From positions 6,696,001-6,760,000 of the forward strand of contig NC_086097.1 in the NCBI RefSeq assembly GCF_963921235.1: 64,000 bases of DNA, given 5' to 3'. The DNA is from Mobula hypostoma (taxonomy: Eukaryota). Below, piece after piece: positions 59,415 through 64,000 of this stretch. The position numbers were made by a program, and so were the translations under genes. Below the pieces are notes generated by a model that was not told where the DNA came from, ran no database searches, and worked only from the letters and a program-made list of their open reading frames with translations. Each line of letters opens with the position of its first letter. The first letter of the stretch is position 1.

Positions 59415-61092
59415 TTTTTAAAATCTTTTTATTAATTTTCCAAAATTATAAACAGAATAACAATATTGATACAGAGAGATTGGAATAATCTTATTGTTGA
59501 TAAACATGTATAAAAAAGACTGCAAATAATACAGGTGTAATAGACTTCCAAACCCTTAATATAGTTAATCATAGAGAATAAAGAAATAAAAAGAAAACAA
59601 ATGCAAAGAAAAAACACCCCAAAAAACAAAAAGAAATAAAATTAAATACTAAACCCCAAAAGAAAGCAAACGGAACAAAACAAGGCTAGACCAATGTCTT
59701 AATTCGGATGCATTCAATAATGTCGTCAACTCCGCTCCTCTATTCATATATTTTAAGTTAATAAAAAGGATTTGGAAAAAGTCAAATTACATCATATGAA
59801 AATGTTGAATAAATGGTTTCCAAGTCTCTTCAAATTTAACCAAAGGATCAAAAATGCCACTTCTAATTTTTTCTAAATTTAAACATGATATAGTTTGGGA
59901 AAACTATTGAAATGTGGTAGGAGGGTTGGTCTCCTTCCAGTTCAATAAAATGGATCTTCTGGCCATTAAAGTAACAAATGTGATCATCCGACAGGCTGAA
60001 GAGGATAAAAATCTATGTTCTGTCATTGGCAAACCAAAACTTGCCAAAAATTAGGATGGGGCTGTAAGTCAAAACGCAAAACTATTGAAATATCTTTCCA
60101 GAATTTTTCCAAGAGAGGGCAGGACCAAAACACACGAGTCAAGGAAACCACCTCAGAGTGATATCTGTCATAGATAGGGTTTATATTGGAATAAAAACAA
60201 GCTAGTTTATTTTTAGACATATGGTCCCTATGCACTACTTTAAATTGTATTAGTGTATGTTTGGCACGTATAGAGGAAGAACTAACTAATTGAAAAATTC
60301 TATCCCATTTCTCTATAGGTAGGCCAAGTTGAAGTTCCCTTTCCCATTCATTTTTAATTTTATCAGATATGCCTGGCTGTAATTTCATAATTATATCATA
60401 AACAGTTGCTATTAATCCCTTCTGAAAGGGATTTCAACTGAAAATTTTATCGATGACATCAGTAGGGTGTGAAATCCGGAAGGTAGGCAGTGTGGTAATT
60501 AAAAAGTTTCTTATTTGTAGATATCTAAAAAAATGGGATCTGGGCAAATTAAATTTATTAGATAACTGTTCAAAAGTTATAGTTAATCAGAAATAAGTCA
60601 CGGAAACATGTTATACCCTTCATTTTCCATATCAAAAAGGCTTGATCCAAAACCGAGGGTTGAAAAAAAATTAGATATAATAGGGCTTGATAATATAAAT
60701 TTGTTGAAACCAAAAAATTTACAAAATTGAAACCATATTCATAATATATGTTTAATTATTGAATTAACCATTTGTTTATTCAATTTAGATAATACAAAAG
60801 GAAGTGAAGTTCCTAAAATGGAAGCTAAAGAAAACCCCTGTACAGAATGGCCTTCAAGGTTTACCCATTGTGGACTTGGAGTTATATTCCAATCTTGTGT
60901 CCAAAATATTAAATATCGAATATTAATTGCCCAATAATAGAACCTTAAATTTGGCAATGCTAAACTTTCTTGGACTTCTGTAAATATTTTTTACTTAACC
61001 TGGGATTTTTATTCTGCCATATGTAGGAGGAAATTTTAGAATCAATAGTATCAAAAAAAGATTTAGGAATAAAAATTGGTACCGCTTGGAGT
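59415..61092 (-). mobile_element. 5'-truncated L1-clade LINE (ORF2 C-terminus, 3' UTR, A tail); 10-bp TSD
   Basis: LPNLRFYYWA, LIQFKVVHR, FWSCPLLEKFW; TSD AGCATGCTTT at 59405-59414 and 61093-61102; target reads TT/AAAG on the minus strand. Confidence 0.85.
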
Positions 61093-61227
61093 AGCATGCT
61101 TTAACTAATTGATTACTAATTTAAGTAGTTTGGCACAGATTAGGTGGACCAAAGATCCTAATCTAGTGCTGCAGTATTCTGTGTTCAAAGATCCATGCTA
61201 ACTACTACTTGTACTGATCTCATAAGT

Positions 61228-61860
61228 ACACTCTGGTATTTCAAGAGGAATAGAATATAAAAGCAAGGAGGTAATGTTGAGGCTTTACAAAGCACTGGTG
61301 AAGCCTCACTTGGAGTATTGTGAGCAGTTTTGGGCCCCTTATCTAAGAAAGGATGTGCTGATGTTGGAGAGAGTTCAAAGGAGGTTCACAAAAATGATTT
61401 TAGGATTGAAAGGCTTGTCAAGTGATGAGTGCTTGATGGCCCTGGGCCTGTACTCTCTAGAATTCAGAAGAATGAATGGTGGTTGAATTGATATCTATTG
61501 ACTGTTGAAAGGTCTCAATAGTGTTGATATGGACAGGATGTTTCCTGTGGTGGTGGAGTCTAAGACCAGAGGGCACAGCCTCAGAATAGAGGGGCATCTT
61601 TTTATAACGGAAATGAGGAGGAATTTCTTTATCCAGAGAGTGGTGAATCTGTGGAATTAGCTGCCACAGGCAGCTGTGGAGGCCATTTTATTAGGGATAT
61701 TTAAGGTAGAGGATGATAGGTTCTTGATTATTCAGGGCATGAAGGGATAGGGGGAGAAGGCAGGAGATCGGGGCTGAGAGGGAAAATGAATCAGCCATGA
61801 TGGAATTGCAGAGCAGACTCGATGGGTCAAATGTCCTAATTCTGCTTCTATGTCTTATTT
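61228..61860 (+). mobile_element. CR1 3' fragment
   Basis: MLRLYKALVKPHLEYCEQFWAPYLRKD..RRM and a CR1 3' UTR. Confidence 0.88.
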
Positions 61861-62164
61861 TCAATTGGTACATTTCCCAATCTTCGTGCACGTCAGAATA
61901 TCTCATCGCATACAACATGGAAGTACCTGGCGGGAAGGTAATTTTGATTTGCTATTGTATGCCACAGCATCCTGGAGAATGGGACCAGCTGAATTTCTCA
62001 TGTAGGCAGCCAGGGTGGCCTCCATGGACCAAATGGCATTCTTTTAGTCGTGCAATCTCTCAAGTCTGGTACTATGTTCACCTAAGATGGGGGCTCCCAA
62101 AACTTTTTGTGCCAATGAGCCCTTATCACCAACTGAAGGGTCTATGGACCCCTGCCCTACGGGC

Positions 62165-62655
62165 TGTCTAATTGTGGGTCCTCAGGTGGCTGTCGAGACC
62201 AGTCTGGGATCTACATGTTCTAGTGCCATGTTGACACAAGTGGTGGCTGTGGTTAGTGGTTGGGTATTTTGGTTGTTCAATCTCTTCTTCCATAGCTGCC
62301 GCTTGTTCTCTGCGACACAGCGAAGGTTACTCACGTGCACTACAGTTCCCTCTTGAACAGGTTTCCTTCAGGTGTTTCCATTCAAAGCAATGCCTTCCCA
62401 GCTTTTAGGTGTAATTTTGAATTTCTTCAGGCTGTTTTTTGATGTTACCTTTGAGTTTTTTCTTTGCCTACTAGGGGCTCACTGACCTTCCCTCAGCTGG
62501 GAGTAAAGGATCTTTCTGGGAAGACGAGAGTAAGTCATCCAGATCACATGACCTGTCAATCAGAGTTGGTGTTGCTCTTTCGTGGTGGAGATGATGTTTA
62601 TGTTGGCTTCCTCCAGTATGCTGGTGTTAGTGAGTCTGTCCTTCCAGATGATAGA
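62165..62655 (-). mobile_element. RTE (BovB-like) LINE 3' fragment
   Basis: Manual minus-strand translation SGHVIWMTYSRLPRKILYSQLREG..SLKKFKITPKSWEGIA matches the RTE C-terminal pattern. Confidence 0.7.
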
Positions 62656-63152
62656 ACATAGAACATAAAAATCTACAGCACATTACAGGCCCTTCAGCCC
62701 ACAATGTTGTGCGGACCATGTAAACTATTTTAGAAACTGCTAGAATTTCCGTAGTGCATAGTCCTCTATTTTTCTAAGCTTCATATACCTATCTAAGAGT
62801 CTCTTAACTGACCCTATTGTATCTCCCTCTACCACCGTTCCACGCACCCACCACTCTCTGTGTGAAAATCCCCTCTGTACCAACTTCTAAGCACCTTAAA
62901 ACTATACCCCCTCATGTTAGTTATTTCAGCCCTCAGTAAAAGGCTCTGGCCTTTTGATCAATGCCTCTCATCATCTTATACACCTCTATCAGTTCACCTC
63001 TCATCCTCCGTCGCTCCAAACAGAAAAGGCCAAGTTTAATCAACCTGTTCTCATAAGGCATGCTCTCTAAATCAGGCAACATCCTTGTAAGTCTCCTCAT
63101 TGCCCTCTATATAGTATCCACACCCTTCCTTAGTGAGGTGACCAGATCTGAA
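62652..63152 (-). mobile_element. CR1 3' fragment
   Basis: Homologous to 23955-24470. Confidence 0.85.
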
Positions 63153-63274
63153 CCGATCCTCAAGATCTTTTGTAAAATCGTTCATTTTATCATGATAATG
63201 TAAATCAATATTATATCAACAAAGGGTGTGCAAGCTAAATGGATTAGCATGGTTCAAGATAGGGAACAGGATAG

Positions 63275-63612
63275 GGCCATGCTCTGTTCTCTGATATCCA
63301 CCGTCAGCGGTCCCCAACACTCAGACAATGTCTCGTCTCTGATATCCACCATCAGGGATTCCCACCACTCAGACCATGCTCTGTTCTCTGATATCCACTG
63401 TCAAGGGTCCCAACCACTCAGACGATGTCTCGTCTCTGATATCCACCGTCAGGGGTACCCATCACCCAGACCATACTCTGTTCTCTGATATCCACCGTCA
63501 GGGATTCTCACCACCCAGGCCATTCTCTCCTCTCTGACATCCATCATCAGGGATTCTCACAACCAGGCCATGCACCTGTCTCTGATATCCACCAATCAGG
63601 CCATGCTCTCCT
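63275..63612 (+). repeat. ~48-49 bp minisatellite, about 7 units, derived from Rex1 sequence
   Basis: Unit approximately GACCATGCTCTGTTCTCTGATATCCACCGTCAGGGATTCCCACCACTCA; the array runs directly into a Rex1 3' end. Confidence 0.9.
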
Positions 63613-64000
63613 CTCACTGCTGCCATCAGGTAGAAAGTACAAGAGCCTCATGACTCACACCAGCAGGCTCAGGAGCAGCTGCTACCCCTCAACCATCAGG
63701 CTCTTGAACAAAGGGTATAAATGCACTGAATTACCCCATTAATTGAGATGTTCTCACAACCAATGACCTCATTTTAAGGACTCTTTATCTCATTATCTCA
63801 TGTTCTTATTTTGTATTGCTATTTATTTATATTTGCATTTGCACAGTTGGTTGTCTTCTGCACTCTGGTTGATCTTTCATTGATCCCTGTTATAATTATT
63901 ATTTTATAGATTTGCTGAGTATCCCCATAGAAAATGAATCTCTGGGTTGTATGTCGTGATACATATGTACTCTGGTAATAAAATTTATTTTAAACTTTGA
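63540..64000 (+). mobile_element. Rex1/Babar 3' end and UTR
   Basis: ctctcactgctgccatcaggtagaaagtacaagagcctc..ccatcaggctcttgaacaa and a T-rich UTR like 6765-7065. Confidence 0.8.

Noticed and set aside
63275..63612. CRISPR-like array (recurring TCTCTGATATCCAC)
   Set aside because: The intervening segments are homologous to each other rather than unique spacers, there are no cas genes, and the context is a vertebrate LINE.

Overview
This is vertebrate-type, repeat-saturated, non-genic (intronic or intergenic) DNA. The repeat mix (V-domain SINEs, several CR1 subfamilies, Rex1/Babar, Penelope-like elements, L2, fish-type L1, RTE, Gypsy) suggests a cartilaginous fish such as a ray or shark; that is an inference only. 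I recognise no host protein-coding gene, rRNA, true tRNA or CRISPR array. Almost every long ORF is a fragment of a retroelement reverse transcriptase (RT), endonuclease, RNase H or gag. The most interesting signal is a family of Penelope-like elements (PLEs) whose terminal repeat carries a minimal type-I hammerhead ribozyme (AGTC-CTGAYGA-AGG..CCT-GAAACGTC-GACT), seen in about 12 intact or decayed copies. These include ORF-less ~100-220 bp insertions with their own 14-15 bp target-site duplications (TSDs) and a near-perfect head-to-head dimer at 53545-53767. Other points of note: a Gypsy element with a PNMA-type gag, a Hero/R2-group fragment, a MITE whose terminal repeats are themselves palindromes, a minisatellite born from a Rex1 element, and many nested insertions that can be ordered by their TSDs. 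Family names come from my recognition of motifs, not from database searches. Boundaries without a TSD are approximate.
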